From Candidatus Aenigmatarchaeota archaeon (GTDB lineage Archaea > Aenigmatarchaeota > Aenigmatarchaeia > Aenigmatarchaeales > Aenigmatarchaeaceae): a stretch of 64,000 nucleotides of DNA. The stretch is from positions 1 through 64,000 of the forward strand of contig JAZDKZ010000001.1 of the NCBI GenBank assembly GCA_043802485.1. The letters run 5' to 3'. A model generated the notes under the pieces. The model was given only the letters and a program-made list of their open reading frames with translations, had not been told where the DNA came from and ran no database searches. Both the position numbers and the translations under genes were made by a program. Positions 46,911 to 55,718 of the stretch are shown one piece after another; within the stretch, counting starts at the first letter, position 1; the number at the start of each line of letters is the position of its first letter.

Positions 46911-48911
46911 TCACCCATCCTTGGTATAGACGTAGACAACCTTATGCGTACGCCTTGGTTGGTCTTTGTACATAAGGAATACAACGACAGCTGCTATTAT
47001 AGCGACAATCACTATTATCAAAGGAACCGTGTAGTCTAAACCGACTTCTGACCTTATTTCCATAAAGTTCTCTCTGGATTCCGACCATGCTCCGTTCGTG
47101 TCGTTGGAGTAGACCTTCCATGCGACTACTCCGTATGCGTTGTTGACAGCATCCTTCATAACGTCTATGCTTCCGTCCGTTCCTTCGAGGGAAATCCATG
47201 AGTCGTTCACCCAGCTTCCTGTGTCGTTCATGGAGAATATGTAGCCGGAAAGCCCCCTGTCATCAGACAGGACGAATGAAAACACGACAGGCTCATCCTC
47301 CTTTACTGGAGACGATGAAAAGTCATAATATGAAGGAGGCTGGTTGGCAGCAGGCTCGGCTTTGTTTATCGACAGAGGCATTTTGCCTGTGGCTGATACA
47401 GTCCCGTTGGCAGTCTTTCCATTAACCTTTATCAAGACATCAATGTATTCTGGATTGCTTTCAGATGGGATGTCAAAATTTATTTTGATTATCACGTAGC
47501 CTCCCTTGAGAAGTGCGCTAGGCACGCCCTTGACCGAGTACCAGCTTGTCTGTACATTCTCCACGACAACTTCAAAGTTGGTGACAGTCTCGTCCAAGGT
47601 GCTTGACAGGTTGAAAGTCCCCTCTGCGCTCTGGCCGAGCTTCACATAGACCGAGGACACGTCGGTTATCTTGAACTCCTTCTTTGCTTCAGTCGGCTTC
47701 TTTTTATACTCTGTCACGACAGTCAAGTTTTTTCTCAACGTCTGGTTGGTGTAGTTCTTGTTGCCGTCCGTTTTGCATATGTACTCGTAATAACCGACCG
47801 GCAGCATTGATACATCCATCCTTTCAGACATGCTGGTGTTTTCTATCTTGGTGGAGTTCCTGTGGAAATCGAAATTCTTTATGGATATCTGGTCCGTCAG
47901 CGACCAGCAGTTCACAACTGAAGTCGTGCCGTTGAGTATCTCATCAAAAGGAGCGTAAAGATTCAGCGCGAAGGCTTTGAACAGCCTGTAAGACCTTTGT
48001 TCTGTACCTGTCCAGCTGCCTGAATCATCCTTGGCGTACCATCTGTAGACAAAATTTGCTGGGAATATATCTGTCAGATTTATCCAGAATGTGCCTGATT
48101 GGTTGTAAACTTTGGGGTTGGTGCTTGTCGTATAGTTCTTTTTGCTGCCCGTATGGTTGGATTCAAACCTGACTTCTGTCAGGGTCACGTCTGTCCAAGA
48201 TATGTTGAAATAGTATGACTGGTTGGGTGCATAGGTCGCATAATCTAACGGATTCGTGTTGATGTTGTAGTATTGCGGTGGGGTGCTGTCGAAATAGAAC
48301 GCCTTCCATGCTGCATTATAGAAATCATCCCCGTTCCATGAAGCGTTCAGAACAAATACGCCTTCGTAAGTCAGGTTCGCCAAAGCGTATATGACAGAAC
48401 TGTCATTTTGTACATCCAGACCAGGATAGTCTGAATCAAGAAAAACGGTTTTTCCAGGGATATTTAGTTTTGCAGTGAAATTCGCGGCAGTGTTCTTGCT
48501 ATAGCTTCGATTGCCCTCTGTACCGTTCAGATACAGGCTGAAAGCAGCAGAAGTGTTTTTGGTCACGCTGTACGGAAAGTAATCGGTAACATTGGTATTA
48601 GACTCATTATCAACGGCAAACCATCTGTAGGAATAATCTGTTGGAAATAAGCCGGTAAAATTTATGAAATAAAGATTCATGACATTGGAAACTGTCGAGT
48701 TGACAATGGTGCCGGATGAGTGATTGGTCAGCTCGAAGAGGACACCTGAAATCAACTTTCCATCACCGTTCCATGTTATTCGAAAGTCGTAGCTTCTCTC
48801 AGGGCTGTACTGGGTTCCAGAAGTTGGTGAAGCGTAAGCATCCGACCATGACAATGCATATGCGTTCGTAGACAAAAGTAACAGAGCAATAATTACAATC
48901 GACAATTTCAT
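46911..48911 (-). CDS. Secreted, C-terminally anchored surface glycoprotein
   Basis: Signal peptide, many N-x-S/T sequons, repeated YSYRWFA/YRWYAKD/WKVYSND beta modules, C-terminal TM. Confidence 0.8.
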   Translation of the reverse strand: MKLSIVIIALLLLSTNAYALSWSDAYASPTSGTQYSPERSYDFRITWNGDGKLISGVLFELTNHSSGTIVNSTVSNVMNLYFINFTGLFPTDYSYRWFAVDNESNTNVTDYFPYSVTKNTSAAFSLYLNGTEGNRSYSKNTAANFTAKLNIPGKTVFLDSDYPGLDVQNDSSVIYALANLTYEGVFVLNASWNGDDFYNAAWKAFYFDSTPPQYYNINTNPLDYATYAPNQSYYFNISWTDVTLTEVRFESNHTGSKKNYTTSTNPKVYNQSGTFWINLTDIFPANFVYRWYAKDDSGSWTGTEQRSYRLFKAFALNLYAPFDEILNGTTSVVNCWSLTDQISIKNFDFHRNSTKIENTSMSERMDVSMLPVGYYEYICKTDGNKNYTNQTLRKNLTVVTEYKKKPTEAKKEFKITDVSSVYVKLGQSAEGTFNLSSTLDETVTNFEVVVENVQTSWYSVKGVPSALLKGGYVIIKINFDIPSESNPEYIDVLIKVNGKTANGTVSATGKMPLSINKAEPAANQPPSYYDFSSSPVKEDEPVVFSFVLSDDRGLSGYIFSMNDTGSWVNDSWISLEGTDGSIDVMKDAVNNAYGVVAWKVYSNDTNGAWSESRENFMEIRSEVGLDYTVPLIIVIVAIIAAVVVFLMYKDQPRRTHKVVYVYTKDG

Positions 48912-49018
48912 ATATAATAGATATAACAGTCGAATTAAAATATCTAATCTAATTTTTCTTGTTCAATGCCAAAATAAACTTAATAAGCAGGTAATACAAT
49001 TTAGTAGCAGGTGATTAA

Positions 49019-49258
49019 ATGGTATTTGGAATAGGAAGAAAAAAGAAAACAACGAAAAAGAGAACAGTAAAGAGAAAAGTAACAAAGAAAAAAACAGCAA
49101 AAAGAAAGTCAGCCAAGAAGGGCAAGGCTTTCGGTGGTTACATGATAAGGCCAAACGCAGACTTGGCAAAGATAATCGGCAACAAGCCGGTTTCACCTTC
49201 TGAGATGACCAAGAATATCTGGACCTATATCAAGAGAAGAAAACTTGCGGGCAGATAA
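49019..49258 (+). CDS. Basic protein with truncated SWIB/MDM2-like domain
   Basis: K/R-rich N-half, then FGGYMIRPNADLAKIIGNKPVSPSEMTKNIWTYIKRRKL; SD AGGTGA. Confidence 0.7.
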   Translation: MVFGIGRKKKTTKKRTVKRKVTKKKTAKRKSAKKGKAFGGYMIRPNADLAKIIGNKPVSPSEMTKNIWTYIKRRKLAGR

Positions 49259-49331
49259 TTGTTTTTTTCAGCACAAGATAGAGCATGATTTCTATAAGCT
49301 TTAAAAGGTTAAAAACATTTAAAGAGTTTAT

Positions 49332-49486
49332 GCCGACGTGGCAGAACCAGGTTAATGCGCTAGACTTGAGGACATATGATTAGATGGCTTGACTCCGAAT
49401 GCGGCGAAATGAGGAATGATAGGCGAAATGATGTCTAGAAATCTAGTGCCCGCAAGGGCTTGCAGGTTCAAATCCTGCCGTCGGCG
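49332..49486 (+). tRNA. tRNA-Ser(TGA) with 70-nt intron at 37/38 (49371-49440)
   Basis: GCCGACG/CGTCGGC acceptor, CTAGA/TCTAG anticodon stem, GCCC-GCAA-GGGC variable arm, G73. Confidence 0.92.
49371..49440 (+). ncRNA. Intron-encoded double-guide box C/D sRNA
   Basis: C ATGATTA 49376-82, 12-nt guide, D' CCGA 49395-98, C' ATGAGGA 49409-15, 12-nt guide, D ATGA 49428-31, terminal stem GACA/TGTC. Confidence 0.8.
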
Positions 49487-49522
49487 CTTTTTCTTTAAGA
49501 AACTCAAAAACCAATAAGGTCT

Positions 49523-49813
49523 ATGAAGAAAAAATGTAGACATGATATCAAGATAGAAATTATGGTAAAACTTTTCAAGCCTATGACAAGCGGTTCTCTA
49601 AATCAAGAGGTGAGATTGAGTTCCATTAAATTGAAAAAAAATCTGGACGAACTCAAAGAAAGAATGTTGATAAGTGAGCTCAGGAACAAGGACGGCACAG
49701 TCCTCTATCACACGACCCCAAAAGGTAGGAAGCTGGTCAAGTTCTATAAGGATTTGTCAGACCATCTCGAAGGCAAGGATGCACTTCCCCACATTTTTGG
49801 CGTTTATAGATAG
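49523..49813 (+). CDS. Winged-helix DNA-binding protein
   Basis: LDELKERMLI...YHTTPKGRKLV pattern of small archaeal wHTH proteins. Confidence 0.65.
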   Translation: MKKKCRHDIKIEIMVKLFKPMTSGSLNQEVRLSSIKLKKNLDELKERMLISELRNKDGTVLYHTTPKGRKLVKFYKDLSDHLEGKDALPHIFGVYR

Positions 49814-49844
49814 ACTTTTTTATCAGTTAAACGAATAGAAATAT

Positions 49845-50192
49845 ATGGTGTTTTTAGCTCAAGTGTTGCCGTTCTCGGTTGGTAACATAGTGCCTATAGT
49901 CATCAGCATCTTGTTCGGAGCAGTCACTGCATGGATAAGCGCTCAGATAGTCAGCAGGCATGCCTCATTGCAAGGAGCCTTGTTGTTCTCTGTTGTGTCG
50001 TATGTTGTTATCATGATATCAGTCTTCATACCCACCATAGCAATCCCTTTCATCAGCACGATGTTCGCGATAGAAGCTGTGATAAAGAGCTTGCTTGCGA
50101 TGAAATTCTTCAATACAGACTTTCGCAGTGGCTTGGCGATAACAGGCGTCCAGATGCTTCTGGGCATGATTTTAATAATTCCCTATTTCTAG
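49845..50192 (+). CDS. Small membrane protein (4 TM)
   Basis: Hydrophobic throughout. Confidence 0.65.
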   Translation: MVFLAQVLPFSVGNIVPIVISILFGAVTAWISAQIVSRHASLQGALLFSVVSYVVIMISVFIPTIAIPFISTMFAIEAVIKSLLAMKFFNTDFRSGLAITGVQMLLGMILIIPYF

Positions 50193-51442
50193 CTCTTTAT
50201 GCTGGACAGCTTCTTGGATGCCTTCTTGTCCACACTTTTCAGCTCGCTGTCGCACCTTTTCATCCTTCTTCCTATGACAGAAACACCCAAAGTGGATACC
50301 ACAACGCTGGAGATTATCACCACAATTATCGTGTCTGATAACAGCGAGGCCCCTATTATGTTGGAGGACCTTATGATCTCTGCAAGAACAGCTGCTGCCA
50401 GACCCCTTCCAAGAACAATGCTCATAACCATCTTGTTGCTTCCTAGAATCTTGTCCTTGAATGAAATCAGGGTGACAGACATATACCTGCCCACAAAAAG
50501 TATCAGGGTTATCACAATTCCGTATATGACCGGCTGATAGCTGTTGACAGCGAATATCAGGCCTATGAAGACGAAGAAGAACGTCCTTATGAAGAAGGAC
50601 ATCTGAGAGTGGAACTTTTTCATGACCTTGCTTGCCTCTATCCTCTCCTTTATGCCTATCACCCTCAGTATCCTTATGCCGTTGCCAAGGACAAGCCCGA
50701 AGGTCAGGGCGAATATGGCACCGTTGCCTCCAAGCATCTCTGTTATCGAATACAGCAGAAGCACTATAGCCAAGGTCAGTATGTCATCGTATATCTCCTT
50801 CTTTATCAGCTTTAGCACCTTCAGCCAGAGAATGCCTGCCGCCAGGCCGATGACTATAGCTATGGAGAAAGCTGCGGCTATCCTGTTGCCTGCCTCATAC
50901 ACGCCACTGGACAAGGGGCTGATGAGCAGTTGCAGAATGGTCAGGCCGAAAACGATGACCAGAGCATCTGTAAAGGCCGACTCTAGACTGAGAACCGTGG
51001 AAACCTTTTCACTTATCTTGAGCCTGCTTATCAGCGGTATCACAACAGAAGAGCTTATGCCTCCCAGCACAGCTCCAAGCAGCAGGCCGTTGAGAAAGTC
51101 CCACCTTAGCACAAAGTAGGTGAAAGACGCTATGAATATAACTGAAACGAAGAAGCTTGTCAGCGTGAGGGCGGTTGCTTTCGGACTGTCCTTTAGCACT
51201 TTTTTTATGTCCAGGTTCAGGCCGGCATCAAAAAGTATTATCAGCAATGCCAGGGCGGAGAACAGCTCTGAAATGGGCATCAGGACGTCCGGGTCAATCA
51301 CTCCGAAGAGCGGTCCTAGGACAATACCCAAAGCCACCAGAATCAGGATGTCTGGTATACTTGTCTTTTTAAATAGATAATTTCCTATAAAACCTAAGAT
51401 AAGGATTAACGATGCTAGGGCAAACGTTAAAACAACAGACAT
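50189..51442 (-). CDS. Cation:proton antiporter (CPA1/NhaP-like)
   Basis: ALLIILFDAGL, LSLESAFTD, FFFVFIG, GRGLAAAVLA. Confidence 0.88.
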   Translation of the reverse strand: MSVVLTFALASLILILGFIGNYLFKKTSIPDILILVALGIVLGPLFGVIDPDVLMPISELFSALALLIILFDAGLNLDIKKVLKDSPKATALTLTSFFVSVIFIASFTYFVLRWDFLNGLLLGAVLGGISSSVVIPLISRLKISEKVSTVLSLESAFTDALVIVFGLTILQLLISPLSSGVYEAGNRIAAAFSIAIVIGLAAGILWLKVLKLIKKEIYDDILTLAIVLLLYSITEMLGGNGAIFALTFGLVLGNGIRILRVIGIKERIEASKVMKKFHSQMSFFIRTFFFVFIGLIFAVNSYQPVIYGIVITLILFVGRYMSVTLISFKDKILGSNKMVMSIVLGRGLAAAVLAEIIRSSNIIGASLLSDTIIVVIISSVVVSTLGVSVIGRRMKRCDSELKSVDKKASKKLSSIKS

Positions 51443-51528
51443 AAATAAAATATCAAGTGATTAACTTATAAATCTTGATTTTATAAAGATTTATAAACAT
51501 TGATTTTTATAATGAAAAAAGTGATGAT

Positions 51529-52137
51529 ATGGGTTCAAAGAGGTTAAAAGAAGCAGGCAAGCAAAAAAAGCCAGAGGAAGAAAAGAAGGCAGAAACTCCT
51601 AAACCTAAAAAGGCCAAGAAAAAGATAGAGGGCATGAGGGAAATAGTCAGAGTTTCTGAGGTCAACCTTGACGGAAACAAGAAGCTGGGAAACGCATTGC
51701 TGGGAATCAGCGGGGTTGGCAAGACGCTGGCGAACAAGATAGCTATTGCAGGCGGCTTTGACCCCAACAGACCGCTCGGGTTTCTGAAGGAGGAAGACGT
51801 AAAGAAGCTGGAAGACGCGATAAACAACCCTTCAAAGTACGGAATACCGACATTCATGCTTAACAGAAGGTCAGAACTCCTGACAGGGGAGGCTCATCAT
51901 CTTGTCAGCTCCAAGCTGAGATTCGCAGTAAAGTCTGACATCGATGCGATGAGGAAGATGAGAAGCTACAAGGGCATCAGGCATGAGACAGGCCTGCCTG
52001 TAAGGGGGCAGAGGACAAGGACAAGCTTCAGAGGAGGAAGGGCTGTCGGTGTCGCAAAGAAGAAGGAGCAGAGGAGCGCTGCAAGAAAGGACGCTGCTGC
52101 GGCACCTGTGGAAAAGTCAGCAAAAGGTAAAAAGTGA
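51529..52137 (+). CDS. rps13: Ribosomal protein uS13
   Basis: NLDGNK, MLNRR, YKGIRHETGLPVRGQRTRT. Confidence 0.95.
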   Translation: MGSKRLKEAGKQKKPEEEKKAETPKPKKAKKKIEGMREIVRVSEVNLDGNKKLGNALLGISGVGKTLANKIAIAGGFDPNRPLGFLKEEDVKKLEDAINNPSKYGIPTFMLNRRSELLTGEAHHLVSSKLRFAVKSDIDAMRKMRSYKGIRHETGLPVRGQRTRTSFRGGRAVGVAKKKEQRSAARKDAAAAPVEKSAKGKK

Positions 52138-52295
52138 TTGAATGGCAATAAAACCTATATGTGATAAATGCGGTGACGAATTGAAAGAATTTGGGGGAAT
52201 ATTATTATCTCCGCCAGACGATGACATGGTAAAAAAATGGCATTTATGCAAGTCATGCTGTGAGAGTATAATTGATGATTTAGAGTGATTGAATG
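52133..52295 (+). repeat. 12-bp direct repeat AGTGATTGAATG flanking the inserted microgene
   Basis: Exact copies at 52133-52144 and 52284-52295. Confidence 0.8.
52142..52288 (+). CDS. Zn-finger microprotein (48 aa) inserted between uS13 and uS4
   Basis: Hand-translated MAIKPICDKCGDELKEFGGILLSPPDDDMVKKWHLCKSCCESIIDDLE. Confidence 0.75.
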   Translation: MAIKPICDKCGDELKEFGGILLSPPDDDMVKKWHLCKSCCESIIDDLE

Positions 52296-52772
52296 AGAAA
52301 ACAAAATAAAAAATACGACATGCCGCTAAAGCCTTGGGACAAGACAAGGATTGAAGACGAGAGAAAGCTTGCCCAGGAATACGGACTCAGGAGAAAAAAA
52401 GAGATATGGAAGACAGAATCGGTCCTGAGAAACTACAGGAGACTGGCCAGGGGCTTGGCAGCAAGGTCGAACAAGGATAATGAAAAGATACTTTTAGACA
52501 AGCTCTTCAAGATAGGCCTTATCGGCAAGGATGCTGATCTGGACGATGTTCTGGCATTAACAATAGAGAAACTGCTAAACAGGAGGCTGCAGACACTTGT
52601 CTTCAAGAGAGGCATATGCCCGACAGTGAAGCAGGCAAGGCAGATGATTGTCCATGGCCACATAGCGGTCGACGGCAGAAAGGCGAGATGGCCTAGCACG
52701 ATTGTAACGATAGCAGAAGAGGACAAGATTTCTATTTACGAACTAAGCAAAATGAAGGGTGGAAAACAATGA
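52293..52772 (+). CDS. rps4: Ribosomal protein uS4
   Basis: [36 protein letters not shown]. Confidence 0.95.
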   Translation: MRKQNKKYDMPLKPWDKTRIEDERKLAQEYGLRRKKEIWKTESVLRNYRRLARGLAARSNKDNEKILLDKLFKIGLIGKDADLDDVLALTIEKLLNRRLQTLVFKRGICPTVKQARQMIVHGHIAVDGRKARWPSTIVTIAEEDKISIYELSKMKGGKQ

Positions 52773-53170
52773 GAGGGCCTAGCCAGAATTTGAGATGGGG
52801 AATAGCGCACATATTCAGCTCTTCGAATAACACCATCATCAAGATAACTGATATCACTGGTGCGGAGTCGATAGCAACGATATCCGCAGGAATGATGTCC
52901 GACAAGGACAGGGAAGGGGGTTCTCCCTATCCGGCTTTGTTGGCTGCATCAAAGGCCGCAGAGATTGCCATGGAAAAGGGCATAACCGCCGTTCATGTAA
53001 GGATCAGAGCCCCTGGCGGGATAAAGTCAAAGAATCCTGGGGCAGGAGCGCAGCCAGCGATAAGGGCCTTGGCCAGAGCCGGTCTAAGAATAGGCAGGAT
53101 AGAGGACACGACCCCTATCGGTCATGGTTTTATGAAGTCAAAGGGCGGAAGAAGAGGAAGAAGAATCTGA
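52769..53170 (+). CDS. rps11: Ribosomal protein uS11
   Basis: [30 protein letters not shown]. Confidence 0.95.
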   Translation: MRGPSQNLRWGIAHIFSSSNNTIIKITDITGAESIATISAGMMSDKDREGGSPYPALLAASKAAEIAMEKGITAVHVRIRAPGGIKSKNPGAGAQPAIRALARAGLRIGRIEDTTPIGHGFMKSKGGRRGRRI

Positions 53171-53218
53171 GGGAAATCTTAATAAACAACCATTACAATT
53201 GATTACTAAAGTGATGAC

Positions 53219-53998
53219 TTGAAAATAAAAATCTTGAAAAAAACAGACAGGGAAATGGAATTCTTATTGGAAGAGACCAACCCCCAGTTCGCCAACGCCC
53301 TGAGAAGGATAATGATATCTGAGATACCTGTGCTGGCAATCCAGACAGTCGACTTTTCAACCAATGACTCTGTTCTATACAACGAGATGCTTGCCCACAG
53401 GATGGGTCTGATACCCATCATGTTCAAGTACAAGGACTTTCATTTCAAGGACAAGCATGAGGAAGGCAAGACATGCTCTGAATGCGAAGTGGCTTTTGCC
53501 ATAAACAAAAAAGGACCATGTATGATCTACACGAAAGACATGAAGTCCAGCAATCCTGACGTAAAGCCACTCTTTGATGACATACCGGTAGTCGAGCTGT
53601 TCAAAGGTCAGAACCTGAAGTTTGAGGCATACGCTTCTTTGGGAGTGGGCAAGGACCATGCAAGGCACCAGGGAGCCATAGCAGCCTACAAGTACTTTCC
53701 GACTGTAAAGGTCAGCGGCCTGAAGAATGCTGATGAATGCGTCAAGGTCTGCCCGAAGCATGCCTTGAAGACAGACGGCAAGAAGGCGTCCGTTGAAACG
53801 ACATGCGACCTTTGCGGCGAGTGCGTCAAGACGGCTGATCCAAAGGGAAGCCTTGAGATAACAGGCGACCCGACAAGCTTCATATTTTCTATCGAGTCTG
53901 TCTCGGGGCTTGATGTAAAGGACTTGGTGATGCAGGCGGTCGACATCCTCAAGAAGAAGGTCAAGGACTTTGAGAAAGAAGCCAAGAAGATAAAGTAA
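53219..53998 (+). CDS. rpoD: RNA polymerase subunit D (Rpo3) with Fe-S domain
   Basis: FANALRR, EMLAHRMGLIP, CVKVCP...CDLCGEC. Confidence 0.94.
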   Translation: MKIKILKKTDREMEFLLEETNPQFANALRRIMISEIPVLAIQTVDFSTNDSVLYNEMLAHRMGLIPIMFKYKDFHFKDKHEEGKTCSECEVAFAINKKGPCMIYTKDMKSSNPDVKPLFDDIPVVELFKGQNLKFEAYASLGVGKDHARHQGAIAAYKYFPTVKVSGLKNADECVKVCPKHALKTDGKKASVETTCDLCGECVKTADPKGSLEITGDPTSFIFSIESVSGLDVKDLVMQAVDILKKKVKDFEKEAKKIK

Positions 53999-54031
53999 AG
54001 CTTAAATTCTTTTCTTACTATATTTATTTTT

Positions 54032-54500
54032 ATGTCGACTATAATGTTCAAAAGCGATGAAATAAGTCTGACAAAGAACAAAGAGGTTTATAGAATAAAG
54101 GTAGCTGATAGTGCTAAATATCGTGGTATTGAGCTTCCTATAAGTTTCGATGGAAAAGAGTTGTCACAATTCTCAGAAGAAGTTAAAAAACTTTACGATA
54201 ATATAAAAGTTGGTACATGGTTTGGTGTTTTGGAAGTTGAAGCTAAGAAAGGTGTTTTTTCCCTTTCAAAAGAAAGCAAAATATGGGTTGTTATCCAAAA
54301 ATGGTAAATTAACTATAAGGTCTGAACGCTCGATAACAAATAGAGCTAAACCATATGATTTATGTTTTATTGATAAAACCCTAAGAGAAACTATATTAGG
54401 TAAGAAGTTAAAGGAATACTGGATAGTCAATGATGAGATTTCTGTTGATGAAGCGCAAAAAAGGTTAGAAAAAATAACACTATCTCCAAACGTGTTTTGA
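54032..54500 (+). pseudogene. Hypothetical gene probably split by a frameshift in a T6 run (54255-54260)
   Basis: Two overlapping AT-rich ORFs (54032-54307, 54210-54500); removing one T joins them. Confidence 0.4.
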
Positions 54501-54541
54501 AATAGTAAATTTATAAGCTTCTTAACATATTTTTTAATCAC

Positions 54542-54673
54542 GCGGAGGTAGCCAAGTCTGGTCAAAGGCGCAGGACTTAAGATAACTTAAGTTTTGATGC
54601 AAGTTCGTCTTGCGGTGATAAGAAATCCTGTCTCTTAGTGGGTTCGTCGGTTCAAATCCGGCCCTCCGCACCA
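54542..54673 (+). tRNA. tRNA-Leu(TAA) with 43-nt intron at 37/38 (54582-54624), CCA encoded
   Basis: GCGGAGG/CCTCCGC, CAGGA/TCCTG anticodon stem, long variable arm, BHB helix CTTA/TAAG. Confidence 0.93.
54582..54624 (+). ncRNA. Putative intronic half box C/D guide (D'-C') for U34 of tRNA-Leu
   Basis: Guide CTTAAGTT 54586-93, box TTGA 54594-97, hairpin GCAAG/CTTGC, box GTGATAA 54615-21. Confidence 0.62.
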
Positions 54674-54721
54674 TTTTTTTCCAAATAATAAGAATTTAAG
54701 TTTTAACCTACAACTATATTC

Positions 54722-54982
54722 ATGCCAGAAGAGGTATTAAAAATCAAGTTCAGAGGAAAGGCCGCAGAAGACTTGGAAGAACTCAGAAAAGCTAGAGGAT
54801 TTTACTCAAACACCCAGGTTGTTGGCGCAGCTCTCAAAACATACAATGCTCTTCTAGAATATGCAGAAAAGGACCCATGCGGCACAAACCTTCTTACAGT
54901 AAAGGTTGTCAAGCCACAGACCTTATTGGACAAGATAATGTCTAGGGAGTATACAGTGGAGTTACCACTTAATTTGAGATAA
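54722..54982 (+). CDS. Small protein, possible ribbon-helix-helix DNA binder
   Basis: LKIKF...LEELRKARG.YSNTQVVGAAL pattern. Confidence 0.45.
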   Translation: MPEEVLKIKFRGKAAEDLEELRKARGFYSNTQVVGAALKTYNALLEYAEKDPCGTNLLTVKVVKPQTLLDKIMSREYTVELPLNLR

Positions 54983-55077
54983 AGAAAAAAACGTTTTGCT
55001 AATTTCTGTCATCGGAAATACTATTAGAATTAAAAAGAAAGAAAGCTTTAAAAGTTTGAGAAATAAAACTGATTAAC

Positions 55078-55443
55078 ATGTCTAAACCAACAGGGCCTAC
55101 AAACCCTTTGATGAAGAAGCTGATAGAGGACATCCGCAGCCAGGGCTACAATGAGAAGATACCCTTCCTGCTTGAGATGGCCAAGAGACTTGAAAAGTCA
55201 AAGAGGAAGAAGCCAGAGGTTAATCTGTCCCAGCTTAACAGGGTCTGCAAGGAAAATGAGACTGTTGTTGTTCCGGGCAAGGTGCTTTCCTCAGGGGTTC
55301 TGAAAAAGACCCTGTTCGTTGCCGCGGCAAGCTTCTCGATGACAGCTGTCGAGAAGATAAACGAGGCAGGCGGAAAAACTTTATCAATAAAGGAACTGAT
55401 AAAGAATAATCCGAAAGGAAAGGATGTCAGGATAGTGGTTTGA
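55078..55443 (+). CDS. rpl18e: Ribosomal protein eL18
   Basis: EVNLSQLNR, VVPGKVLSSG, NPKGKDVRI. Confidence 0.94.
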   Translation: MSKPTGPTNPLMKKLIEDIRSQGYNEKIPFLLEMAKRLEKSKRKKPEVNLSQLNRVCKENETVVVPGKVLSSGVLKKTLFVAAASFSMTAVEKINEAGGKTLSIKELIKNNPKGKDVRIVV

Positions 55444-55718
55444 TGAATAATTCAATGTTATTAAGAACTGCTTTACAACTTACAAATGCTAAAATAGAAA
55501 TTGTTAGTGCTTCAACACACGAAAGAAGTGCCGATTTTCGTGTTTATACTAAAACAAAAATACCACAGAGCGTAATAACGGAAATACGGATGAAAGAAGG
55601 AATTTATCTGGATACTCATCCCATAAAAGCGAGCAGATATCCAGATTGTTTTAAATATTCGGGCGTTTCTGTGACTAGATATAGCCCGCTAGGCAATTGT
55701 GAGGTATTAGGTGATTAA
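55443..55718 (+). CDS. Hypothetical AT-rich gene inserted between eL18 and uL13
   Basis: Exactly fills the gap and is coupled at both ends. Confidence 0.55.
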   Translation: MNNSMLLRTALQLTNAKIEIVSASTHERSADFRVYTKTKIPQSVITEIRMKEGIYLDTHPIKASRYPDCFKYSGVSVTRYSPLGNCEVLGD

